From Dudresnaya verticillata (Eukaryota): 64,000 bases of DNA. The position numbers were made by a program, and so were the translations under genes. Below the pieces are notes generated by a model. It was not told where the DNA came from and made no database searches. It saw only the letters and a program-made list of their open reading frames with translations. Numbering within the stretch: the stretch's first letter is position 1; the number at the start of each line of letters is the position of its first letter. The DNA lies in contig OZ374559.1 in NCBI GenBank assembly GCA_977862235.1, positions 248,001-312,000 of the forward strand, given 5' to 3'. Shown one piece after another: positions 1 through 11,622 of the stretch.

Positions 1-8
1 TCTGCACA

Positions 9-1661
9 ATGGCAAAGCAAGTCCCGCCCTTCGCAGCAACCCTGCTGTTTCTGCTTCTGCTGCTCCCATATACTCTGGCGCAGCCGCCGCGTGCGAACGG
101 CATCGATTCCGAATTTCTAAGCCCAATCGACCCAGCCCCGCTCCTGAGAAGAGTTCCGAGGCCGCCACGTGGTGAGATAACTGTCTCGCCTTCTTCAGTG
201 CTGAACAAGTCGGTAAAGCCCACTCCTGATGCCGTTCGCGCCGAACCATCGCCGTCAATCTCCCTGGTCCCAATTCGGCAAGAACCGGACTTGGCCGCCC
301 TTTTTTTGAGCACCGACGAGAGAGAACAGCAGAGCATTGCCGACCATGACCCCTGTCGCGTGCAACGCCCAACTGCAAGAAGCTCAAATGCCGGACTATC
401 GACGGCGTCTGCACTGGCGTGAAAGACTCGATGTGGGGTGCCGCGAGAAGCCCACAGTTTTCCTACTTGGACGACCATACCTCACTCTTCGTTGGGGGCG
501 TGGGGCTCAAGTCTGCACGGGAATTATCGAATATTTTGTCGAACCAAGTCGGCATTACAAAAAAAAGCAAGGCCTCAACGAGCTCTTCGTATTCTTTGGC
601 CAGTTCTTGGACCACAACCTCGTCGCCACACCGGCAGAGGATGCTGTCTGGAACATTGAGAACCCTGACGGACCGCCATTGAAGTTCACTAGGTCCACTC
701 GGGCGTTCACTGGAGAGAACAGCAATCAGCGCCCTGTTAATTCGATCACTTCAGCTATTGACCTTGACGCAGTATACGGTTCCAATGATGAGCGCCAGGA
801 GGAGCTGCAGGAGTTTGTCGGCGGTTCACCGACGGGACGTCTGCGAACATCAGGAGACAATCTTCTCCCTCTCAACAAAGCCAGTGGCGGTGTGTACAAC
901 GCTCCCGACTCGAGTGATGACTTTTTCGCAGCTGGAGATCATCGTGTCAACGAACATCCAGTCCTCGCGTCGATCCACACTATCTTCATGTGAGAGCACA
1001 ACAGGCTTTGCGAAGAAATCAAGAACAAAATACCGTTCCTCTCTGGCAAAGAGCTGTACGAGTATGCCCGCAAGATCAACGTCGGACAATTCCAGAAGAT
1101 CGTATACGAGGAGTTCTACCCGGCGATAATCAAGAAGAAGCTGAAGAAGTACAAAAAGTTTCAGAAGAACGTCAACCCGACTGTGAGTGACGTATTCGCG
1201 GGGGCGGCATTTCGAGTGGGACACACTATGGTTGGCAATGATGTGAAGAGAACCAACGCCGCGGGTGCTGCTTTGCCACCATTTAAGATGGCGGCCATCT
1301 TCTTCCGCCCAGCCAGCGCCTTTAGCGTGGATGAAATGGAGAACGTTATTCGAGGGGCAGCGGGTAACTTTGCTCAGGAGGTAGACCTTATGGTGGTGGA
1401 CGCACTTCGCAACATGCTGTTCGACGCGGTGCAGATGGAAGATGGGTTTGACCTGGTGGCGCTGAATATCCAGCGAGGGCGGGACCACAACCTACCCAGC
1501 TTCAACGAGATTCGAGAGAAGATTTGCGGGCTGAAGGCAGTGACAACGTTTGCAGAGATCACGTCGGACAAGGAGGCGCGGGACAATTTGGCTGACGCGT
1601 ACAACACTGTGGATGAAGTCGAGGCGTGGCCTGGACTAGTGGCGGAGGATAAGGCGAATAA
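9..1661 (+). pseudogene. Animal-type (peroxidase-cyclooxygenase superfamily) secreted heme peroxidase; frameshifted, with a nonsense codon, 3'-truncated
   Basis: Signal peptide (MAKQVPPFAATLLFLLLLLPYTLA). Motifs spread over three frames: CRTIDGVC..WGAA, FGQFLDHNL (distal His), AAGDHRVNE (distal Arg), IFM*EHNRLC (TGA at 991-993 where Arg is conserved), AAFRVGHT (proximal His), [13 protein letters not shown]. Frameshifts near 330-360 and in the A-run at ~558-566. Homology stops at 1661, where RPL3 sequence begins. Confidence 0.9.
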
Positions 1662-1937
1662 GTACCCCACAACGCCGATGGCCACGACTGGTGGAGTTTC
1701 AATGACAGTGACGGCCTCGACAACCTCCTTCTTGTGCAGCTTGGAACCCGGCTTGTTAACATCGCGGACGATATGGGTCATACCGGCCTTGTAGCCCATG
1801 AAGGCGGTGAGGTGGCACGGCTTCTTGGGGTCATCCCTCGGAAAAGACTTGACCTTGCCGCGGTGGCGAGCCGCGCGCTTCTTGGGAAGAAAGGCCAGCG
1901 AGCCGTGGCGCGGCGCCTCGAACTTGCGGTGAGACAT
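1662..1937 (-). pseudogene. RPL3: 5' fragment (first ~92 codons) of ribosomal protein L3
   Basis: [33 protein letters not shown]...VVAIGVVGY, almost identical to 11347-11622; truncated at the junction with the peroxidase. Upstream flank is shared with the other copies up to ~2329. Confidence 0.93.
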
Positions 1938-2329
1938 CGCAGCCAGATTCCTAGGGCCCTTGGTTCGTTCGCAAAATTCAGAGAGATGTTTGGGGGCCGA
2001 GAGTTCGTGCACGCAACGGAACGGGTGCACGCCGGTTGCCGAGGGTGCAGTTGTCCGGAGCTGCAGATTTGGAGGGCAGGGCTTGAGAGAGGCTCAAAGG
2101 CTTCCGCGCAGTGCACTCGGTGCTGATCAGAGCCAGCAGCAATTTCACCATTGACGGCTAAGGCGGGCCGTAATGGATTGAAATTAAGAAAAAATGACCG
2201 TAATAGTGCTCAATTTGTTGTGGTTGGCTTGTTCCGGAGCTCCGGTGCCAAACTCCTTCCTCCACTACCATCACTACCCGTCCTCACGAGCGAGCGCGAG
2301 CGCGAGCGAGAGAGAGAGCATGGAGCATG

Positions 2330-2767
2330 ACCTTCAGTTATCATCGGGCAGACTACTCGAGATACACATGAAGCCCGGGAAGAGGAACACAGATTCCATC
2401 TGCTGGCGAACAAGACGCACTACCGTTGTGTCGGAAGGTCGGTACGAGCTAGGACGTTGAACAGGACGCAGATTCGCGTGTGGGAAGCAGCCGCAACATG
2501 TTCCACTCCTGTCCACTCCTGGCTTTCGCCGTTACCAAAAACAAAACCAGCTCCAAAACTCCCCCGTCGCATTTTCACCTTTAGCGCTTTTCTACGTAAG
2601 ATGCGTTATCATTCCGCGCAAGGAATACCTGAGAATACTCTTTGAGGAAGAATGCAAGCTACAAGCCAAGTCAGAATTTATGCCCAGAGCTCTGCATCTC
2701 TGGGCTTCTTGTCCATGTTCTTGCTCAACACCCACATCACTTAACTCTGCAACCATTCCCCGCACGT
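2330..2767 (+). repeat. Left arm of a ~438 bp inverted repeat
   Basis: Reverse complement matches 5588-6025 with only scattered substitutions (ACCTTCAGTTATCATCGGGCAG... / ...CTGCCCGATGATAACTGAAGGT). Confidence 0.9.
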
Positions 2768-3059
2768 AAAACGTCGAAGTCCAGTGCTGGACACACCTTC
2801 GGAACGCAACGCAAACAATGCGTCCCGGGAGAAACTGCCCTGCTCGAAATGCAAGAAGCTGGACGTGCCATCAAGTTCAAGGACAAACATGCAGAAGGCG
2901 GCTCGAAGCTTGCGCAGACGTGTTAAGGGAATCGACGCAGAAATGGAAGCCATCTCGTCACGACTAGAACTCATGGTCCTTGCTGCACAGCGTCTTCTGG
3001 TTCTTCACAGGCAAACAGGCATTTGGTCTCATTCCCGATTCCCCCGCAGACCCCCGGAT

Positions 3060-3603
3060 AAGCCCATGCACATCGTACCTCCCTCTTCGTCTCAACTTTT
3101 CTGTCCCTTACCACGTGACCGTCTTTGTACGGTTCGGTTCGGTAATGTATGCACATCTCCAGCCCCCCGCCCACAATCCCTACAATACAGATGATGATGC
3201 TCACCGCTGAGCAGCCAATGTCGCAATTGCTGTAATACGAACTCCGAACAACTTCTCCTTCTCCAACGCTCAGCAACTCCGTGCTGCCAGATCCGTACAC
3301 GTCCACGACCTTCAACTCCGCAGATGGATATAAACCTCGCAGGAAAGCGATCAGCCCTGTTTAAAATCAGAACTGTTCCGCCGTCGCCTCCCTACTGCAG
3401 CTTCCAGCCGGCCATGTGCTGCTGGTTCGCTTGCATCTTTCGACACTCCCAATCCCTCCTGCGAACCCAGCGCGCGCTCAACGATTTGGAACCCTCCACC
3501 AGGGGCTCCATGCTCCATGCTCCATGCTCCATGCTCTCTCTCTCTCTCTCGCTCGCGCGCGCACTCGCGCGTGAGGACGAGTAGCAATGGTAGTGGAGGA
3601 AGG
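3060..3603 (+). repeat. Orphan copy of the RPL3 upstream region
   Basis: Direct match to ~52455-52975 and inverted match to ~11940-12475, including the (CTCCATG)n, (CT)n and (CG)n tracts; no RPL3 CDS follows. Confidence 0.88.
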
Positions 3604-3929
3604 ACGGGTTGGATGTTGGATGTTGGATGCGTGCGGCCTGGTGCAGTGGTGCGCGGCAGCGCTTGGACTTGGGACGGTGCGGCGCCTCAACTGATTGTCG
3701 GGCGTGCGTGCAGTTTCCACTTTTTTGCCTTTTTCTCTGCAATTGGAACGGCAGAAGCAAAATGCTCCAGGACCCTGCGCATTGGTGGCGGACAACAATC
3801 GTGGCGAACTGCCGGAAGTGATACGCCCGCGCCAATGCGGAAATCGCCCGAAATTCTGAAATTCAGTGCGTCGGGCTTACATCGCCAGCGCTGGAGGTGG
3901 CGCGTGCCGCGGGAGAGGATCACGCGGGA

Positions 3930-4015
3930 TTTCTACCGCAACCTCAGCCTGCTGCTGGTTGCCTTCTGCCGCAACCTCAGCCTCCTGGTGGTTGCCTTCT
4001 GGCACAGCCTCTTCT
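3930..4015 (-). repeat. 33-bp tandem repeat (~2.5 units), inverted relative to 4405-4570
   Basis: Minus strand reads EGNHQEAEVAAEGNQQQAEVAVE, the same unit as at 4405-4570. Confidence 0.8.
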
Positions 4016-4404
4016 CTCATCGATCTGGCAAATCGGTTCAAGGACTGAAGTTGGAGTTCCCTGACACAGTGGACAGACAAGAGATGTTTATTTGCATGCG
4101 CAACCATGCTCTGCAGAGAATTGGAAAGCATATCCCACCGTAAGCGTGTTCATTTCGTTCCCTGCCCCAGAGAAGGCTCCGCCTCTGGTTGACAACTCAC
4201 CGCAAGTTCCGACCGCCGATACGGAGGCTAATCCAGATTTTGATCGACAAGTTTTTTGCGAATCTGCGTAACGATGAATACGACCAGAAGGGTATGAAGA
4301 TGGCGGAGGAAGACATTCAGAAAGGAAGGGTACTTGAAGCAAGCACAATGAACATGACGATCATTTCGGAAGAGCCATGTGGTTAGCAGGGAGGCAACTG
4401 TTCC

Positions 4405-4570
4405 AGCAGGAGGCTGAGGTTGCGGCAGAACGCAACGAGCAGCTCGCTGAGGTCGTGACAGACGGCAACCACCAGGAGGCTGAAGTTGCGACAGAAGGCA
4501 GCCAGCAGCTCGCTGAGGTCATGACAGACGGCAACCACCAGGAGGCTGCAGTTGCGGCAGAAGGCAACAA
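4405..4570 (+). repeat. 33-bp coding tandem repeat (~5 units; 11-aa unit GNHQEAEVAAE) in acidic low-complexity ORF 4377-4820
   Basis: GGCAACCACCAGGAGGCTGA(A/G)GTTGCG(A/G)CAGAA-type units alternate with GGCA(A/G)C(C/G)AGCAGCTCGCTGAGGTC(G/A)TGACAGAC-type units. Confidence 0.85.
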
Positions 4571-5587
4571 GGAGCACGCGGAAGACGGGCACGCGGAAGA
4601 AGAGCTCGAGGGAGACGAGCACGCGGGAGGGGATCACAAGGGAGAGGATCATGCGGGCGGGAAAGGGCCGCCGTCGTTTGGTGGACTACTCTCAACGTCA
4701 AGTACGGCAACGGAAGAAGGAAATAAATACAAGCCTAACAGGAAGGGGTATGCGGGACAAACTGTTGAGCACAAACCAGGGCGGACGAAGCAAGAAAGCA
4801 AGCAAGCACCCCTCAAATAAGACAAGTTCGTTCGGCAACGTTGCCGTTTCTACGTGAAAACACCGCGTGTATGTGTGTGGAAGTGTATTTGGACCAGGGT
4901 TTGGACGCACATCCATGATCACATCCGGGTGCGTTCTAGCGGCCAAGCGGCTCGAAAATTGCCGAACAGCGTCAATCCCCGGAAGCCCCAAGACTTAAAG
5001 CTGCAGAGGGGCGGCTTTGGGGTGACGTCCGATAGTAGCGCAAACACGCAAAGCGCTGACAAAGATTGTTTTGCAATGTCGCTTCCGTGCTGCAATCCGT
5101 TCGCGTTTCAATGCAACGAACACCAGGCGCACGAACTTCTTCTGTTTGCTTCTTCCCCGGTGGTGAGTGCATTGAGCTGGATGGCTTACGGATGGAATGC
5201 GAGTTGTCACCACAGGTCTCACATTCTCACGGTTTCAAGCTGGACAAACGACGTTGAAGTCATTAATAAGAAACAGGACTTGCGCTCATCGATACGTAGC
5301 GGGCTACGAATACAAACGTGATAGAACCAACGCGAGCCATCAGATTGTTCCATTTACTCGGTACAATCCGCATCGCCAATTTCGCACAAGTACTGGAGTG
5401 CATTTACGTCAGCGAGAATGCTCCAGCATTCTCTCAACTTCGAGAGGAACACAATGCAAGGCGCAACGTTACAGAATCGGATTGATGCGCGTAATTCAAC
5501 AAGCGACTTGATGGAAGCCGGGCAAATGTACAAGTGACTGATATTTCGACTCTCGTGTCAGCAACGTGGGCCCAACTCCTAGTGATG

Positions 5588-6025
5588 ACGTGCGGGGAAT
5601 GATTGCAGAGTTAAGTGATGTGTGGGTGTTGAGCAAGAACATGGACAAGAAGCCCAGAGATGCAGAGCTCTGGGCATAAATTCTGACTTGGCTTGTAGCT
5701 TGCATTCTTCCTCAAAGCGTATTCTCAGGTATTCCTTGCGCAATAACAACGCATCTTACGTAGCAAAGCGCTAAAGGTGAAAATGCGACGAGGGAGTTTT
5801 GGAGCTGGTTTTGTTTTTGGTAACGGCGAAAGCCAGGAGTGGACAGGAGTGGAACATGTTGCGGCTGCTTCCCCCACACGAATCTGCGTCCTGTTCAACG
5901 TCCTAACTCGTACCGACCTTCCGACACAACGGTAGTGCGTCTTGTTTGCCAGCAGATGGAATCTGTGTTCCTCTTCCCGGGCTTCATGTGTATCTCGAGT
6001 AGTCTGCCCGATGATAACTGAAGGT
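5588..6025 (-). repeat. Right arm of the ~438 bp inverted repeat
   Basis: Inverted copy of 2330-2767. Confidence 0.9.
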
Positions 6026-7071
6026 TATTAAATTAGCAGCGGTGGAATGTTGTGGGACTGAAGCTGACTGCCTGGTATTACTGTATTTAGTTAGCTGGGC
6101 TATCAATTTTGGAGCGCAAGAGTAACTCTCATGATAAGGTTTCTCGTCTAGATACAGATACGAAGTTTGTTTTTCCAAAGCTGCTCAATATTCAGATAGC
6201 GACTATGTTACATCGGGCATGCCATATGTACATTCTACAGCAGGTAAAGACGGATATGTTTAAGACGCCATCGGTACCGCATTGTATGCTCAAGTTTGTG
6301 AAAATACAGGACTAGAATGACAACCGCACGCAAACTGAAAACTGTAACGACTCGCAGATATTTGCTCGCTAGAGGGTAGAGCAAAGTATGTTGCATTGGA
6401 AAGGACGTACTCGGAACGGGAAAACGACTACAAAATCGACACGTGCGCTGGTAATGCATAGAGGGTCAGTCGTTACGGAATAGCTACGAAGCGTTCTTGA
6501 CGTCGGCAATACGAAGGGTTCGTACCGATGGCGCCCCGTAGAGCTGTTAAGTGTTTCCGTGCCTCCACTGCGTGCACGTCGTTCATTTACAGAATCTCTA
6601 TTGCAAGGCGAGGCCCAGCCTTCCAAACCGCAACAAGAATAAGTATCCACAGCGCCAATGGCTTCACAAAATGGCAGTGCACTGCATGTTGTAGGAATCT
6701 CGTGGATAGGTCCCTATGAGATGAAGCACATCCAGCGCATTTGCGTCCGACGCACTGAATTTGCTGAGCCTTAAATCGGGAAGCATGTATCCAGCAACCC
6801 ATGTGTACGGCGCCCGTCTGCAAATAACTACAGACAGCATATGCGTGGATATGCTTGTCAACTCTTTCCATTTCGTGGGCTCTTCTAGTACCGCGACCAG
6901 AATACCATGCCGGCAGCAGCATGCAATCAGATACGTTGTGATGAAGATAGCTTTGCTGGTCGAGGCACCCAATGATGGAATCTGTTGCATAAGGAAAGGC
7001 GTCGCTTTTAGAAGAGGGTGTTCTTGCTTATGCCCCGAATGCCAAAATCGAAATCAAGTGAATCCCCAATG

Positions 7072-7072
7072 C

Positions 7073-7113
<41 letters not shown>

Positions 7114-7117
7114 CACA

Positions 7118-7183
<66 letters not shown>

Positions 7184-7184
7184 C
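7072..7184. repeat. Compound microsatellite (CAGA)n(CA)n
   Basis: Seen directly. Confidence 0.98.
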
Positions 7185-7735
7185 CCTACCACCGGGCACC
7201 GGGGATATAAAAAACCGTGCTGTTAGGCAGTTGTTTTCACTGTTCACAAAGCATGAGATGATTCTAAACCGGAAAACCTTCAACATGACTACGTTACCGA
7301 CACCACCAATCTCGCAACAAGAAGCCCATTTAGATCTGATCGGAAGTCCCCTTCTCGAAGATTCACAGACTGACATTTTGTCTGCTTCACAATTTCGTTG
7401 CGTCGTTTTGATTTCCTTCTACACGACAGCGCGTTGCCACTTGAGCTCGGTAGGTATTTCGATCTCCACAGGAATTTTCCAGGGTACCTCCTTCTTTCTA
7501 CCCGCATGGATAGGAGATGTGGAGGGACGGTGAAAATATGTGGGTGATGCAGCAGTGAAGAGCAAGGCATGGTTTTCAAGCAGTAGTGATGGAATGGAAG
7601 AGAGCGTTAGTTTGAAGAGTGCCCAGAACATCGCGTTACCTGCCTGTGCCGCGCGAGTTCGCCGACCTAGATGTCCGTACATCCATCCCAAAGTCACCCC
7701 CTTTGGTCCGTCCGACGCAGCATGAGCACAACATT

Positions 7736-8205
7736 CTACGTACCTCCGCGTTTCGAACGAAGCATCACCCGCGCCTTGAAAAACATATCTCGAGGGACCG
7801 CGACGGGCTGTTGTGCGGGTAGGGAGTCGTGCAACAGGATAATTTGAAGATTCAACAGGTAAGAAAGGCCCTGAGCGGTGTCGGACGGTGGCAATATCTG
7901 GGTGAAGATGCGAAGCATGGCGCCAAATGGCGTATCGGAGGCAAACATGGGACGTAAGGTGGTGACAGTAGAATAATTGGAGAGATGGGAGAGAAACGCG
8001 GATAGATAGGCGGGGTTGTTGAGGTCGACGACGGATTCAAGGTCCGGTACGGTAGCGGCAAGAAAGTCGATTGACGCATGAGCAAACTTGAACAACTGCT
8101 GCTCAACGTGGACGGGGGACGCGGTCAAGACATCCTGCATGACGGCTAGAAAACCCGAATGGTATAGGAGCCAGGAGGGGGAAAACGAGGTGAGGGAAGT
8201 TTTTC
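7736..8205 (-). pseudogene. Fragment of an unidentified protein-coding sequence
   Basis: Open frame with globular-like composition (WLLYHSGFLAVMQDVLTASP...LSYLLNLQIILLHD). Cut near 8228 by the Tudor-gene copy and partly duplicated at 56700-56903. Family not recognised. Confidence 0.35.
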
Positions 8206-8228
8206 AAGAGAGTGAGAGCAAGCAAGCA

Positions 8229-9316
8229 CTAGATGAGGGCCATAATGCGCAACACGCCCATATTTCATTATTGGCCAATCGTAGGAAAGACAAACCGATG
8301 GTGTCCCGTCGAGCGAATGAAACCCTAAGTGCTAAGCCGGGCCCGGTCATCTCACTCGCTGTGTCGAACTTCAGTCGTGCGTCCAACTCCAACACGGCCA
8401 GGAATTGCATAGTGCCAGTTCCCGCCGCCAAGAGTCCAAAATGCCCACCACACGGCGAAACCGTAATAAGAGGAAAGGTACTTTGAGTACGCCTGGGGAC
8501 CTTCAACAGCCACTGAAGATGAGCGAGGTGCCCTCTGAGATTGCCAAGGATACATCGGGAGATGCTAACCCCAGTACCATTCGCAGAGTGAGAGGCAGTG
8601 CGAGGGCAGGAGCGAAGAAGAGAAGGGGGTCACCGAAGTCGAAGCCTGCGGAACAGAATGCCATGGGTCCATTTGGGTCTGTTCCCAACCCAGTTGAAGG
8701 CTCGGAAAGCATGAACAGTGCTATTGGCAATACTGGAGGCCCGGGAAATGTGAGCATTCAAGGACAAAAGCGTGTCAGAACTAATGGGAATGACGTCGAT
8801 GATGGAGACGCTCTAGAAGTACCCGAGAGGGAAAGCAAAAGGGTGAGAACTGCTACTGGGGGACATGAGGATTCAAGGGCGCCTGGAAATCTAGGCATTG
8901 TGAAGGAAAGCGGAGGGCACGAATCTCAGTGCTCTGAGCAGAAGCTTTCCCAAACGGACTCCGTCATTGAGCTTGAACCGATGCAACGCAAAGTGGAATC
9001 TTTTGTTACGGAAGTTGATGGTCTCATCAGTCTTTGCCGTAGTTTGACAAAAGAGGTTGAATCATTTGAAACATCCATGCACTTCGTCAGGCTCATGGAG
9101 TTCCTCAAAGGACGCTCGCATTCGCATATTGTACTAGCAGAATGGACAAAGTCCATCCATGAGAGCACGCAAGAAATAGCACTGACATTGGAGAAAAGTG
9201 TGAAGGAGATAATGGATGGCATTTTGCCCCAAGTCGAAGCTGCAGTTCGCGATCAGCAAGTTACAGAAGCAGCTGAGCGAGAACTTGATGAAGCCCCCAT
9301 GAAGCACACGGATTGA
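8229..9316 (+). pseudogene. 5'-truncated paralog of the C-terminal ~358 codons of the 1010-aa protein (longest ORF 8405-9316)
   Basis: Aligns with 17081-18157 from CTAGATGAGGGCCAT onward; 1-bp frameshift near 8435; same helical C-terminus (VESFVTEVDGLISLC...ILPQVEAAVRDQQV). Confidence 0.85.
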
Positions 9317-10449
9317 GATGTAGCTGATGTAGAGGCTATCTTGGTTTGGCGGAGCAGAGGCATGTACTGGAAACCCTCATCCTAAGCTCTCGTGTGTGAG
9401 AAGAGGAATCAAGCCGCCCGCACTTCTACCGAGAAGATGATACGTGCCGTCAATATGGGGTTCTTCTCTCAAGTTGTGCCCATGGTCAATTGATTGCTCA
9501 TCCATAGAGACTCTACGCTGCTTCCAGGCAGTGGCGTGACCGAAATGACGCCTCGTCGTTGAGATACGGACACTTGCTGATTTTCTACGTGCGGGAGTGC
9601 AACGAACGCATCATCAGACATCTGGTTACTAAAGAAGTGCTTCGCCTGTATTCACTGAGCAAACCGAGAGGACTACATGTGCCTCCTGTGCCTTGAAATG
9701 TTCTTCCCTTTCCCTTTCGCCCCTTCAACATTTCCCTTTTCCATCGTCAGGAACAATAAACGTGGTCCGTAGTGGTTGCTAATTTTGTCTTTTCCCCTAG
9801 CAGTGCCCCGCAAAAGGCGAGAGTCGGCGTAGTCTGCGTGAAAAAAGCACTCCCGTGGTTGTGGAACAGTCTTCGTCAGAGACCTCAAAAACAGGCGGGA
9901 TAGCCCTCAAAACAGCCATTGCTCTAACAATGGCTCTTTTGCTTGTGTACTAGCGTGCTCCCTCTAGCACTTGCTTGTTGGGGAAGGCAACCAGGAGACG
10001 AGCACGAATCGATTGATAGATAGCGATTCCCATGAACACAAATCACTTCCTTCAATACGTACCGTACCTGGTGCGCCTGCAGCATGCAGCGTGAAATGAA
10101 GACCAGGACCAAATTAACCGCACTGCTGTGGAGCTGATCATGCAGACTGTTCGCATAGGTGTCAAACAAGCTTCACTCACCTGTGTTGGAATGAAACGGA
10201 TGCTTTGTATAGCCACCTCGATCTGCCGTATGCTAGCTTTTGAGAGACTGTGCATTTACTCTGCTACTATGCAACGACTTCAGCCTCCGGCGTTTCCTGT
10301 GTGCATATGAGTAACCAGAACTAGTATAGTAAAGGGCTCTGGAGTCTGCTCCTCGAGAAGGCATCAAGTTTGGCATGCTGGGGCCGAAGCACACTCTCCA
10401 ACAAACCCCCGGCATTAGGCATGTCTACCTATCCGCGAGGCTGCGCACT

Positions 10450-11622
10450 CTAATCGCCAAGTATGTCACGCTTAAGGGCTCCCTCGCACTTTTTCTTCTC
10501 AGCAAAATTCTGGAACCGTCCATGCCCATGTTTGGAAGAAGTGTCGATGAACTTGATGTTGATTTCCTCTTGTGCATTCCGAGACGTCTGAGGGTACAGA
10601 CTCTTGCGAAGAGTTATGACGCGCTTCTTCGTTCCGACCACTGATCCTTTCAGCATGATCCAGTCTTCCTTGATTGCGCCGAAATGTGGGAACCCTCCCA
10701 TGGGTGTGACGGTCTTACTTGTAAGGTCGTAATCAGTAGTGGCATCTGTGGCGTCGCCTTTGGCCCCGATGCGATATATCTTGAGATTTGCCTGCGTTCT
10801 ATGGAAGTAACCGCGCTGCCCAGCACGAGCAACAGTGTACCCGACGCGGGCAGGATGCCACGCTCCAATGCACGCGACCTTGCGCAGTCCTCGACGCGTC
10901 TTTCGTGGCAGACGAGTAACGCCCCAGCGCGTGACGACGCCCTCAAACCCGTGGCCCTTAGTTACGCCGACGCAATCAATCACTTCATCCTTCTTGAATA
11001 CCGCGTTCACACCAATCTCGCGCTCAAACATTTCCTTCGCGTAGGCAACCTTGTCTGCAATAGAACCGCCGTTGATCTGGACCTCCATAACGTGGGCCTT
11101 CTTCTGCGTGATACGGATCTTGCGGATTTGAGTGTGCACCAACAAGCGGACAACGCTGCAATGCTTAGTGATCTTGTCAATCTCTTCATCGACGCCACTC
11201 GATCCCTCGGCGTGCTTCTTGGCGTACTTGGAAAACGCCTTCTTCTTGCTGCGATACCAGTTCTTGTAGAAACGACGCTTGGCCTCCTCAGAGAGATGCT
11301 CGGCCCAGACGGTCGTCAGCGAGCGCAGGCCGTATGGGGTTTCGGTGTACCCCACAACGCCGATGGCCACAACTGGTGGAGTTTCAATGACAGTGACGGC
11401 CTCGACAACCTCCTTCTTGTGCAGCTTGGAACCCGGCTTGTTAACATCGCGGACGATATGGGTCATACCGGCCTTGTAGCCCATGAAGGCGGTGAGGTGG
11501 CACGGCTTCTTGGGGTCATCCCTCGGAAAAGACTTGACCTTGCCGCGGTGGCGAGCCGCGCGCTTCTTGGGAAGAAAGGCCAGCGAGCCGTGGCGCGGCG
11601 CCTCGAACTTGCGGTGAGACAT
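10450..11622 (-). CDS. RPL3: 60S ribosomal protein L3 (uL3), intronless, 390 aa
   Basis: Canonical N-terminus [14 protein letters not shown], plus [33 protein letters not shown] and GHGRFQ; no disruptions. Confidence 0.97.
   Translation of the reverse strand: MSHRKFEAPRHGSLAFLPKKRAARHRGKVKSFPRDDPKKPCHLTAFMGYKAGMTHIVRDVNKPGSKLHKKEVVEAVTVIETPPVVAIGVVGYTETPYGLRSLTTVWAEHLSEEAKRRFYKNWYRSKKKAFSKYAKKHAEGSSGVDEEIDKITKHCSVVRLLVHTQIRKIRITQKKAHVMEVQINGGSIADKVAYAKEMFEREIGVNAVFKKDEVIDCVGVTKGHGFEGVVTRWGVTRLPRKTRRGLRKVACIGAWHPARVGYTVARAGQRGYFHRTQANLKIYRIGAKGDATDATTDYDLTSKTVTPMGGFPHFGAIKEDWIMLKGSVVGTKKRVITLRKSLYPQTSRNAQEEINIKFIDTSSKHGHGRFQNFAEKKKCEGALKRDILGD

Noticed and set aside
991..993. In-frame TGA in the peroxidase as selenocysteine or readthrough
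   Set aside because: The position is a conserved Arg (REHNR), so CGA>TGA is the simple explanation; the gene also has frameshifts and a truncation.
4405..4570. 33-bp periodic array as CRISPR
   Set aside because: Contiguous in-frame coding repeat without unique spacers.
7008..7533. ORFs with HT/CV/QTDR runs
   Set aside because: Translations of the microsatellite.
9320..10250. Cys-rich peptides in the duplicated 3' flank (CVHG..CSSPGC..HC) as a zinc-finger gene
   Set aside because: Frames are not preserved among the four copies and contain many stops; unsupported.
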